NCBI RefSeq assembly: GCF_009914755.1
Contig: NC_060935.1
Direction: 5' to 3' (one strand)
DNA length: 64,000 bases
Source of the DNA: the human T2T-CHM13v2.0 reference genome, Homo sapiens
The notes under the pieces: model-generated
What the model saw: only the letters and a program-made list of their open reading frames with translations
Told to the model about the DNA's origin: nothing
Databases searched by the model: none
In this document: piece after piece, positions 14,923 to 27,002 of the stretch
How positions within the stretch are numbered: position 1 is the first letter of the stretch
Layout of the letters: the number at the start of each line of letters is the position of its first letter
Position numbers and translations under genes: made by a program

Positions 14923-15280
14923 ATGGTTCGACTTATAATTTTTTGACTTCACGATGGTGTAAAAGTGATACACATTCAGTAGAAAGCAGTGCAGTATTTC
15001 CTTGCAATGCTGGGCAGTAGCGGCTAGCCACAGCTCCAAGTTAGCCATGTGATCATCAGGGCAAACAACCACTGCTCTGCAGTGTACTGTGTAGCCAGGT
15101 GATTTTGCCCAACTATAGGCTAATGTAAATGTTTTGAGCACATTTATAGTAGGCTATGCTAAGGCTTACCTGTGATGTTCAGTATGTTAGGTGTATTAAA
15201 TGCACTTTGACTTATGATATTTTAAACTTACGATGGGTTCATCAGAGTGTCACTTCATCATAAGTCAAAGGGCAACTATA
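14922..15280 (-). mobile_element. MER47B/Tigger5-type DNA transposon (TcMar)
   Basis: ttttgcccaactataggctaatgtaaatgttttgagcaca...taggtgtattaaatgca...acttacgatgggtt; ends gacttat / ataagtc are inverted. Confidence 0.7.
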
Positions 15281-15327
15281 TATTAATAGTTGGTTTGTTG
15301 ACTTATTGGCTGTTTTATTTCAGGTGG

Positions 15328-15634
15328 TTTTTTTTCTTTTTTTTTTTTTTCCCGAAACAATCTTGCTCTGTCGCCCAGGCTGGAGTGCAGTGGCGCGATC
15401 TTGGCTCAGTGCAACCTCTGTCTCCCCGGTTCAAGTGATTCTGCTGCCTCAGCCTCCTGAGTAGCTGGGATTACAGGCACGCGCCACCACACTCAGCTAA
15501 TTTTTGTATTCTTAGTAGAGATGGGGTTTCACCATGTTGGCCAAGCTGGTCTTGAACTCTTGACCTCATGATCCACCTGCCTCAGCCTCCCAAAGTAATC
15601 CTGAGATTACAGGTGTGAGCCACCGTGCCCAGCC
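15328..15634 (-). mobile_element. AluS
   Basis: Full antisense dimer. Confidence 0.94.
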
Positions 15635-15704
15635 CATTTCAGTTTTATTAAGTGATATTTGTAACAAAAGCTGCTTACAGATGGTGTATGTCTATGTCTG
15701 TCTT

Positions 15705-15808
15705 CTCTCTCCTCTCTCTCTCTGTGTATGTATGTACACACACATATATTGCTCCTTGTGTGTGTGTGGTATGTGTGTGTGTACGTATATATACACACAC
15801 AAACACAC
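15705..15808. repeat. Compound (CT)/(TG)/(TA)/(CA) microsatellite
   Basis: Directly visible dinucleotide runs. Confidence 0.8.
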
Positions 15809-16020
15809 CTGTGAAGGAATTGTTCATTATTTGGTAGGTTTCTTTCTTATCATCTTAAATATAGTAACATAAGATATCCCATTCACAATTGAAACATGAA
15901 TTTTATTACTTTTTTCTGTAGTTATATGCTATAAAACCAAAGCGTCTCAGATTTTTTATATTCTTCCCTTATACTAAGAATTTTAATAGTGCTTTTCTTG
16001 TGTTAATCTTTAATTAATAA

Positions 16021-16278
<258 letters not shown>

Positions 16279-16642
16279 TAGTAAAATTGAATTTACTTAA
16301 TACAAAACACATGCTAACTTAACTTTCATGAAATCCTTTATAAAATTATAAAATTAAAAGCTACATTGTGTAGCTTTTAATTTCAATTTCATAATGTACT
16401 TGCACTCTACTCTGGGTATATTTGTGCTAGAGGAAAAAAATTAGCAATGGTTTCCTTGAAAAAGTGAATTGGTTCCACAGTATTAAATAAATCACAGATG
16501 CCTTTATGCAGAAAAAAGCATTCTGTTCTACCTTGCTTTTATTTCCTCTTTGTCATATTTGAATAATGTACAGTTAGTTAACATTTATTTAGCAGGCAAT
16601 TACTGAGTTCAATTCTCTGTTACATACTGAGCTTTAAAAATA

Positions 16643-16868
16643 CAGGTTGAGCAACCCAAAACCAAAACTTCAAAGTGCTTCAAGATGTGAAACTTTTTGA
16701 GTGCCAACATGAAGCTCAAAGGAAGTCCTCATTGGAGCTTTTCAGATTTTGGATTTTTGGACTAGAGATGCCAAAACAGTAAATGTAATATTACAAAATC
16801 TGAATAAATTTTGAAATCTGAAACACTTCTGGTTCCAAGTATTTTGGATAAGGGATACTGAAATCTGA
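16643..16868. mobile_element. MER46/Tigger4-type DNA transposon
   Basis: TA|CAGGTTGAG start and ggataagggatact end; internal aactttttgagtgccaacatgaagctcaaagga. Confidence 0.75.
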
Positions 16869-18385
16869 AGTACTATAATTTGGTTGGTTAGTTATTTTAA
16901 AAGCAAAAGTGGGCTTAATGTTTTGGTGTGCTTTAGCATTTACATAGGTCAATTTTTTTGTAAGAACACATGAATGAGTTGTGTAGACCAAATGGTTATT
17001 TTTTGTTTTGAATATTTTTTGGTATGGTATTTAAACAAAGCAGTCAATATTTCATTAAGTTTAAAATCCAAAACTTTTAAGGATGTTTTAGATTATAAAT
17101 ATCTTATATATTCTTCTTTATACAAATTTTGATTTTATATTTCTTGTTCAGAATGCATTTACAGATTATTAAATTTGTAATATTTCTTCCAAAAATCAAT
17201 TATAAATAAGGTTGCTGAGAGACATACAGATTTTTTAGCATGAACTGATAGTTTTATTTCTTTATTTTTGACCTATATGGCCTTTATATTATTTTCTTGT
17301 CTTATTGCACTGACTAGGACCTCTGTCTGGTATAATGAATATAGATGGTAAAAGCAGATATTTTTGCCTTGTTCTTGATTTTGGGGGAAAAGCATTCAGT
17401 CTTTTATGTTAGCTATAGGTTTTTTGTAGAATATTATTTTCAGGTTGAAAGAATTTCCATTCCTAACTTGCAGAGAGTTTTAAACATGAATAGATGTTGA
17501 ATTTTCTCAAATACTTTTTGTGCATCTTTTCAGATAACTTTTCCTTTTTCTGTCTGTTAATAAGGTGAATTACATTGGTTGATTTTCAAATGTTGAATCA
17601 ACTTTGTATTCCTCATATAAAATCCACTTAATGATTAACCTTCTCATATATTGTTTGATTCTGTATCCTAAAATTTTGTTTAGAATCTTTACACCTATGC
17701 CCATGAGAAATGCTAACCTGTAGTTTTCTTTTCTGGAGACATTTTTTCAGATTTGTTATCTTATCTAGTGGAATGGGTTGGAAAACATGTCCTCCTCCTT
17801 TATTTTCTGGAAGAGTTTGGATACAATTGGTATTATTTCTTTTTTAATTGTTTAGTAGAATTCACTAGTGAATTTCTTTATGGGAAGGTTTTTAACTATG
17901 AATTTTATTTTAAAAATGGATGCAGCTTTTTTTTTCTTGAATGAATTTTGGTAGTTTGTGTCTTTCAAGAAATTTGTGTCATCTAAGTCACCAGATTTAT
18001 TGGCATAAAGTTATTCACCACATTACCTTATTATACTGTCATTTTATCTGAAGTAATGTTTCTGTTTTTGACATTAGTAATTTGTGTGTTTTACTCTCTA
18101 GATCACTCTGACTAAAGGGTTATCAGTTCTATTGATCTCGATCTCTTCAAAGAACCAGCATTTGGTTTTATTAACTTATCTAGTATTTCTGTGATACTGA
18201 TCTCATTGATTTCTGTTCTTTATTTTTTTTTTCTCTTTGCTTTCAGTTTACTTTGCTCTTTTATTTCTAGTTTCTTAAGGTGAAAAGTTGGATCATTTAT
18301 TTGAGACCTTTATTTTTTAATATAAGCATATAGTACTCTTGAATTATCTTTAAGCACTGCTTTAGCTGTATCCCACAAATGTTGA

Positions 18386-18688
18386 TTTTTTTTTTTTTTT
18401 CTTCTTGAGACAGGGTCTTGCTGTGTCACCCAGGCTGGAGTGCAGTGGTGCGATCTCGGTTCACTTCAACCACCGCCTCCTGGGTTCAAATGATTCTCAC
18501 GCCTCAGTGCCCTGAGTAGCTAGGATTACAGGCACAAACCACCATGCCTGGCTAATTGTTTGTATTTTTACTAGAGACGGGGTTTTAGCATGTTGGCCAC
18601 GCTGGTCTCAAACTCCTGGCCTCAAGTGATCCACCCACCTAGGCCTCCCAAAGTGCTGAAATTACAAGTGTGAGCCACCACGCCTGGC
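18386..18688 (-). mobile_element. Alu (Jb/Sz-like) nested in L1M
   Basis: Full antisense dimer interrupting the L1M tract. Confidence 0.93.
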
Positions 18689-20637
18689 ATTATTTTTCCT
18701 TTTATTCAATTAAAAATGTTTTCTCATTTATTTATTTTGTGATTTCTTTGATCGATGAGTTATTTGTAAGTGTGCACTTAATTTCAAAATATTTGAGAAC
18801 TATTCATTTCTCTTTTATGATTTCTAGCTTAACTACATTGTGTTTAGAGAACACACTTTATATGATTTCAGTTTTCTTAAATTTGTTGATATTTATTTTA
18901 TGTTTGTAGTATGGTCTGTCTTGGTATGTGTTCTTGAAAAGAATTTTTTTATTTTTGCAAAGGAATGTTCTATAAATGTCAGGCCAAGCTGGTTAATAGT
19001 GTTGTTTATGTCTTTTGAGAGCAGTGTTGATATTCCTCATTATAATTGTTTATTTGTGGTTTCTCCTTTCAGCTCTGTCGGTTTTTGCTTCATGTATCCT
19101 GAAGATCTATTATTGGCCACATACACAGTTAGGAATTTTGTTTTCTTGAACAGACCAGTTATTATGTCATGTCCTTATCTATTCCTTGTAATATTCCTTA
19201 TCCTCAAGCCTTCTTTATCACATCTGTAGCCACTGCAGATTTCTTTGACTCGTGTTTCTATAGTATATCTTTTTGCATCTTTTTACTTTTTAAATGTAAA
19301 TATGTTTATTTAAGTAGGTTTCTTGAAGGCAGCGTGTAGTTGGTTCTTGCTATTTTATCCAATTCTTTAGTCTCTTAAGATGTTTAGACCGCTCACATTT
19401 AATGGGATAGTTGGATTTAAATCTACCATTTTGTTCTTTCTTTGCATTCTCTTTGTCCCACCTCTTTTATTCTTCTTTCCTTATCTTTTTGGTTACTTAT
19501 TTTGTTATCATTCTATTGTATTTATTCATTTTATCTTCTTTTTTCTCTTCTTATCTGCTTTGCAATGGTTTTCTTAGGGTTTACAATGTAATTCTTTAAT
19601 TTATCACGGCCTGGCTTCAAATTGTATTACACCCCACTCCATGTTTAATATAAGAACCTCATAACTATATACTTGCACTTCCTCCCTCTCATATTTTGTA
19701 CTGCTGTTGTCATGTTTTACTTCTATATATGATGTAAGCCCCAGAATACATGTTTAATGTTTTTTGCTTTAGCAAATAAACTCTTTTGGAGTTTTAAAAT
19801 GAGGGAAAAAATGTCTTTTATATTTATCTGTACTTTTTTTCATTTCTTTGTATAGAATTAAAGTGCTGTCTGCTATTATACTTCTTCTACCCAAAGAACT
19901 TCCTTTAATGCTTCTTATAGTACAGATTGACTGACAATAAATTTTCTCAGTTTTTGTCTGAAAAAGTCTATTTTGTCTTTCACATTGTTCCTTTTTAAAA
20001 CAATTTTTTAAAGTGTAGTTGAATATATAACATGAGTCTTACCATTTTCCGTGTACAGTTAGTTCGTTGACATTAAGTACATTTACATTGTTTGCAACCA
20101 TTGCCACCATTCATCTGCAGAACGTTTTTCATCCTGCAAAATGGAAACTCTGTATACTCTTCATTCCTCTTTCCCACCACCCCTGACAATCACCATTCTT
20201 CTTTCTGTTCCTATAAATTTAATGATTCTAAGTACATCATATTAGTGGGATCATATAGTACTTGTCCTTTTGTGACTGGCTTATTCCACTTGGCATTATG
20301 TCTTCAGGGTTCATGCATGTTGCAGAATGTATAAAAATTTCCTTTTTAAGGCTGAACAGTGTTGCATTGTATGTATCTACCCTACTTTGTTAATTCATGT
20401 GTTAATGGATAAATACATTAGGTTGTTTTTACCTTTTGGCTATTGTGAATAATACTGCTGTGAACGTGGCTGTACAAATATCTCTTTGTGTCTCTGTTTT
20501 CAAATATTTTAGGTATATCCCCAGAAGTGGAATTACTGGATTATATGATAATTCTATTTTTAATTTTTTAAGGAGCTACCATACTGTTTTCCTTAGTGGC
20601 TGTGCCATTTTGCATTCCCACTAATGGCGCACCAATG

Positions 20638-20912
<275 letters not shown>

Positions 20913-23900
20913 TGAAGTGCACAAAGGTTGAAATTTCTCCACATTTTTGCCAATACTTGTTATTTTCTGGTTTTTGATAGTAGTCACCCTAATGGATATA
21001 TCTTTATCATTTTTAAGAATTATTTTTGCTGGATATAGATTTTTCAGTTAATAGGGGTTTTGTTTCAGTTCTTTAAATAAAGATACTATTTCTTTATTTT
21101 CTGTCTTAGAATGTCTGCTGCCATTCTTAATATTTGTTCCATTGTATATGATGTTTTCCACCTGTCTGGTTGCTTTCAAGATTTTCTGCATTACCAATTT
21201 GGCTATTGTATGCCTAGATTTTTTTTTCTATTGTATTTACTGTTTGGGTTTCTCTCAGCTTCTTAGATGTATGGTTTGTTGTCTTCCTTTAATTGTGAAA
21301 AATTTCCAGTTATTTTTAATGATATCTTCTGTTCCATGTGGTTTCTCTTTGGGGCTCCAATTTTAAATGTTAGACTTTTTGAATTGCCCAAAGCTCTTAA
21401 ATGCTCTATTTTTTTTGTTCATTCTTTTTTCTCTTTATGTTTCATATTGGATAATTTTTGTTTACCTAGCTTCAAGTTCACTGATTTCTTAGCTGTGTCT
21501 GCAAAGCTTAGCAAAATATATATTTTTTATCTTGGTTAGCATGGATTTTCCCCTCTGGATTTCCAATTGAATGTTTTTTTAGTTTCCATTTCTCTGCTGC
21601 TAGTCGCCATCTGTTTATGCATGTTGTACCATACTCTGCCCTCTTTACTCCTGTACTCTGACAGTGGGTATTTACTTCCTGTGTTTGTCTCTCCTCTGAG
21701 TGGATTATCACTCTTTGGCATTCAGTTCACCTGTTTGCTTTGTAACCTCCGCTCCCTAATGGGCTCAAGAAAAGTTACGATTTTGTAATTTATCCTGCTT
21801 TTTCTTTCACCCTGTCAGGATGGGAACAGCTTTCTTTTGCAACTTTCTACATCCCAGGTGAAAGCAGGACTTTTATCAGTTTATATACAGAGTTTCAAGA
21901 TTTCATATAAAGACAACTTGAGAGCTTTTAAAAGTTCAAGGAACTAAATGGAAAGCTATTTTAAAGAAAGTGAGAAGTTTCTAAAAAATGAACCCTGGAA
22001 ACACTCCTGTAGTTCTCAGATCATACTTGCTTAGTCATGATATAGAGGTTAATATGGGAATCACTTTCCTGTTTTCTTACTCTAATAAGGCAGAAAACAG
22101 TAATATTTCAGAGGAGATATGGATTAGTTTATTATCTTTGCATGGTCCGGTTTTGGTACACCTTGGTAATTAGGAATTTTCTTAAAAATCTTTACACCCC
22201 ACATTATCTATCTTCACTCCTCTTTCTCATATAAAGTTACAATACATAACATTCTGTATGCATGCTTCACACTTTGCTTTTCTGTCTTGACAATGTGTAA
22301 ATGAGAATGTTTGATATTACCTTACAAACTGTTTTCTACTCAGTAAATGTAACAGCATCTCCTTTCAATATGTTTGGAAAATCTCCATTATAAAGAGTTA
22401 AAAATAAAGGAATTCAAAGAGAAACCTACTTTACACATGTTAGATTTGAGATGCTTGTAAGTGATGCAAGTAGAAATTTCATGTGAGAAGTTGGATATAC
22501 AAGTCTGAAGCCTCAGTATCTCAGAATTAGAGGTAGAATTTGGAAGAGTCATCATTATATAAATGGTATCAAAACCTTGGAATTGGAACTGGAACTTCCA
22601 GCCTGGGGAGATGCCAACATTGAGAGGAAAGGAATAAAAATGAGTGAGTGGGCAGAAAGTGGAAGAAAACCAGGAGAGTATAGTGACATAGGAGCCAGTA
22701 AAAGAATATATTTCATTCAACTCAAGAATGTTCCTAAATGTGGGAGTATGCTGAATACAGAATTTTAAGTGAGGACTGTGGACTTAGGTGGTAGGTTTGG
22801 GGGTCATTAGCTGGCAGATGGTTTTAGAAGTCTTCACTGTGAATACCTGTGGGTAAGTAGATAAAGTGAAGAGAAAGCTGAGAGAGCCATGAAAGGTAAG
22901 CAGAGTAAGTTCATGAACTGTTACATTTGAATTTGTACAAGCCAAATCTTTCTATGTGGTTATCATTAAAAGCTTGTAAGCACTGTAAGTCCATTTATAT
23001 TTCTATTCCTAAAGGGGTTTTAAGCAAAAATGTTTATATATTTCTGGAATTCTGAATTAGAGGAGCTTTGATACTTTGCAGCTGACAGTTATCGTGACAG
23101 TTTGACAGTATTTAGGTTTATGGTAATTCATCTAATCCCTTTCTGTAGTCTCCAGGATGCCTTTGGAATGAGCTGTTATTCACCTAAAATTCCATGATAC
23201 TTTAGTAATAGGATAGGTTTTTTGCCACATACCACTGACTAGATCTAGATCTTAGAGTCTTTTTCTATAAGCTCTTGCAAGAAAGAATCAAGTGTTGTTT
23301 ACATTTTCTAACACTGTTATACCCAGTGGCAAATGCAAAGACATAAACAAATACTTTAGTTATGATCAGCTCGTAGGAAGTGGGAGGACCCCAGCTTTAT
23401 CTTAAAATCATTATGTATACTGGAAAGAAATTGATTCAAATGCATTCACCATAAAACTATGGATGGAGAACCTCATTTTATTAATCACACTAGGACCTAT
23501 GCCAGCATTGCTTCATCTTTGGCTTTTGTTATATCCTGTTTTGTTAAGTTAAAAAGCAGTTAAATTTTTTTTCACCTACACCCCATTAGTAAAAAGAAAT
23601 TTTCGAACACTTTCCCATATGTGTATATATAACTGTTTATATATAAAGTACCTACATGTATCACTGTTCTAGTATAATCAGTATGTTATAAAGCATACAG
23701 AGAATAAGGGTATTTGAAAAGAACGAGGAAGAAAATGAATCATCTTGTAAACTTCCTGACTGCACACACCACAGAGAGATCATTTGTCTTTTTCGAGACA
23801 TAGGAGTTAGTTCTTTTTTTCTGATTATGCTTGTAATGGGTCCTTCAGGTTCTTGTGTATGATATCTAAGCAATTTAAAAAATTGATAACCAAGGCCCAG

Positions 23901-24095
23901 AAGTAAACTTACATTCATGGTTAATATTATTTATCCAGGACCTCATATAATGCAAGTTTTTCTAATCATGGGAACCTTATTGACTAAGCAAACAAAAGCT
24001 TGTAATTTTTTATCATTGTTTGTCAGTACATTCCATAATTTACAAGTTTGAAGTTGTAATGGTCAATGTTAAAGTTATATTAGGAATACTAATTT

Positions 24096-24102
24096 TACTA
24101 AC
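24096..24102 (+). promoter_or_regulatory. Perfect TACTAAC branch point for exon 8
   Basis: TACTAAC with the branch A at 24101, 18 nt upstream of the exon, followed directly by the pyrimidine tract. Confidence 0.75.
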
Positions 24103-24118
24103 CTTATTTTTCTTTCAG

Positions 24119-24177
24119 ATGACATTAAAGTATCAGTAAATGATTTTATCATCAAGGCAGCAGCTGTTACCCTTAAA
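24119..24177 (+). CDS. PDHX: PDHX coding exon (exon 8)
   Basis: tctttcag|AT...AAA|gtaagt; 59 nt; (D)DIKVSVNDFIIKAAAVTLK. Phase joins exons 7 and 9 correctly. Confidence 0.96.
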
Positions 24178-24389
24178 GTAAGTAGCAGACTTCAAATGAT
24201 TTTGTCTTCTTAAGTAGTTTCATGTCGTGGAATTTTTACAATGACAAATAGAACTCTTATTTTTAAATCACAAAAATTTTATAATTGTCTTGCTAAAAAT
24301 ATCCTATCATTTGATCTCCCTCATTTTACAAATGAAGAAACTGTAAATCAAAAGGGCTCACAATGAATTAGAGCAGGATGAAAACCATT

Positions 24390-25335
24390 TATTCTAGGCA
24401 TTAGAGATAGAGCAGTAAACAAAAGCTTACTTGATTTCTGCTGTCCCTGGGGCTTACATTCTAGTTGGAGGAGACAAACACTATTATATGTCAGATGGTG
24501 AAAGTGCTGAGGAGAAAAAGAAAGGATAAGGGGACAAAGTAACTAGGGGTGATTTTTCAAAAGGGAAGCGAGGGAAGCCCCTCTGACAAGGCGATAATTT
24601 AGATACGGCCTGAGAAAACAGAGGGAGTGAGCCACATAGGTATGTGGTAAAAGTGCATTCCACACAGAGGGACCAGCAAACACCAAGGCTGCAAGCAGAG
24701 GATCGCATTAACCAAAGATGTGGTGCTGAGGGTGGAATGTGCCTAGTATGGAGAGGTGGGAGATAAGATTTAAATAACAGTGGGAGAGCATGAAGGGGAA
24801 CCCAAGTACATGAGGCCTTGTTGGACATGGTGAGGACTAGGGATTTTATTATGGGTGAGAAGGAAGCCTTTGGAGGGTTTTGAACAAATAACTAATGTGA
24901 TCTGACTTATACTTCAGAAACGAAAAGGAGAGGCTGCCCTGGGTGCTGTGTAGAATGTAGCCTGTGGAGAGGCAAGGGAGGAGACGATGAGCTCCCCTGG
25001 GAGGCTTTAGAAGATCACAGTGGCTTGGACAAATGTGGTAGCAAATGGAGCTAGGGTGAAGTGGAGATTTGTGTTATGTTTCAAAAGTAGAGCCAACAGG
25101 ATTTGCTGATGGATTGGATATGGGGTGTGAGAAAGAGAAACAAGCATTTTGGCCCAAGCAATGGGAGGAATGAGTTTTCCATGTACTAAGATTGGGAAAA
25201 CTGGGAGGGGTATAGCTTTGGGTTAAGGAATCTAGAGTTTGGTTTTAGACATGTTACATTTGAGGAGCCTAACAGATATTCCAGTGGAGGTGGCAGGAAG
25301 GCAGGTGAACATATGAGCCTGCAGTTCAGTGGAGG
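24390..25335. mobile_element. L2 fragment
   Basis: gcttacattctagttggaggagac, gtagagccaacaggatttgctgatggattggat and ttggttttagacatgttacatttgag L2 motifs. Smaller L2 remnants at about 8150-8730 and 22430-22900. Confidence 0.7.
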
Positions 25336-25524
25336 TGATGTAAACCTAGCTGGCTGGAGTTGTAAATCTAGAACCCAGGCTTCCTGCCTTCCTGCCTGGC
25401 ACTATTTTTCATCATGCCTCCTTTCTGTAACGAGGCTATTTTCTGGGATCACTGCTTGTTAACAGACTGTATTTAAAGTACATTTATAATTAACTTTTTA
25501 TTTCTTGAAAAATACATTAATGAG

Positions 25525-25562
25525 GGTTCCATGGTGTAATGGTTAGCACTCTGTATTCTGAA
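25525..25562 (+). pseudogene. 5'-half tRNA-Gln(CTG) tailless retropseudogene
   Basis: GGTTCCATGGTGTAATGGTTAGCACTCTGtAtTCTGAA matches 36/38 nt of recalled human tRNA-Gln-CTG positions 1-38. Flanked by a 16-nt direct repeat TGAAAA(A/T)TACATTAAT at 25506-25521 and 25559-25574. Confidence 0.85.
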
Positions 25563-26347
25563 AATTACATTAATACAGAACTTAAAAAGCATGCCCTTTC
25601 AGCAGTATCTAATTATTCATATAACTTTTCTCTTTTGATGAAATATTTTGAATTATATTAATGATTTAATTAATTGACTATTATTGTGATTGATATCATT
25701 AATTGTGAATCATTTTTGCACTCCTTAAATAAATCTCTAATGGGCATAAGCTATTCGTTAATATTTCATTGGATAATGTTTGTATCCAGAGTCATAAGTA
25801 GTGGTAATTTAAATTTTGTGCCAACATTATCAGACCTTTTTTCCCTAATCATTGGCTTCATTAAATGAATTTGGATTATTTCTTTTTTTCTTTCCTCTGT
25901 ACACATTTCAATATTATAAATTTTTTTATATTTTCTAGTTTCATAGAATTCACCAGTAAAAATATCTGAACCTGCTTCTATTTTGAGGAGGGGATCTTGG
26001 CAGCTTTCCCTTTTTTTTTTTCTTTCACCATAATTACTGATCTGTTTTAATTTTCAGCTTTTTTAAAAAATCAATTTTAAAAGCTTATATTTTCCCAGAA
26101 AATCACTCATTTAATTTAGATTCCCAAACTTACTAGCCTAGAGTCATTTTGTTTCTTATAATTATTTTAACATCCTCAGTGCCTGGGGTTATTCTGACCT
26201 CTATCTCACTTCTATTGCATATTTATATATTCTTAGCTTGTATTGTTTTGTTATGTATTTTTTCCTTCATTTCCTTAGATTCATTTTGGTCAGAACTTTA
26301 ATGTGTAATTCATTTTAATTTTTTTTAATAAGGTTTAAGATAGTTTC

Positions 26348-26450
26348 TTTTTTTTTTTTTTTTTTTTTTTTTGAGCAGCAGCAAGATTTATTGTGAAGAG
26401 CAAAAGAACAAAGCTTCCACAGCATGGAAGGGGACCCGAGTGGATTGCCC
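26348..26450 (-). mobile_element. Processed (polyadenylated) LTR12/ERV9 3'-end retrocopy
   Basis: Minus strand reads GGGCAATCCACTCGGGTCCCCTTCCATGCTGTGGAAGCTTTGTTCTTTTGCTCTTCACAATAAATCTTGCTGCTGCTC followed by A25. TAAGATA is duplicated at 26336-26342 and 26451-26457. Confidence 0.8.
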
Positions 26451-27002
26451 TAAGATAATAGATTTTTAATGCAACTTTGACCGTGTCCCATAAGTCTTCT
26501 TTACATTTTGTAATTAAATTTATTTGCCATATATTCTTCATTCATGAGGGTTTTGTTTAGTTTCTCTTTTACTTTAGTGTTGTCTATGAAGAATTTCAAA
26601 TCTTCTGAGGGTTTGGGACTTTATTCTTTTAACATAATGATATTGTTGAATGAGTGAAGGAACTCAGCCTTGAAAGATGGAAAAATGGAAGAGCAATTGA
26701 AAAGCAATGTGAAGGTAGCCTTGCAATGGAAATGAGCGTAGCATGACAGTGAGCCAAGTGGAAAATTCATCTCAGGGGAGTGGTCACAAGTAAAATGGGA
26801 TAGATAGAGTGGAATCAAATTGTATATTGCCATGCTTAAATGACATACCAGGAGGCCTGGATCTTTTTCTTTAGAAAACAAAGAATTTTTGAGAACAGAA
26901 ATTTGTTTTCAGTTTCTGTTTTTCAGCATCATTTTCACCTGTGATACAGGGCAAGATTATTAATAGGCAGGGTTTCCAGGCATTTCATCATTTGATGAAA
27001 TC

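Noticed and set aside
25525-25600. Functional tRNA-Gln gene
   Set aside because: No variable loop, T arm/B box or 3' acceptor strand, so it cannot fold into a cloverleaf.
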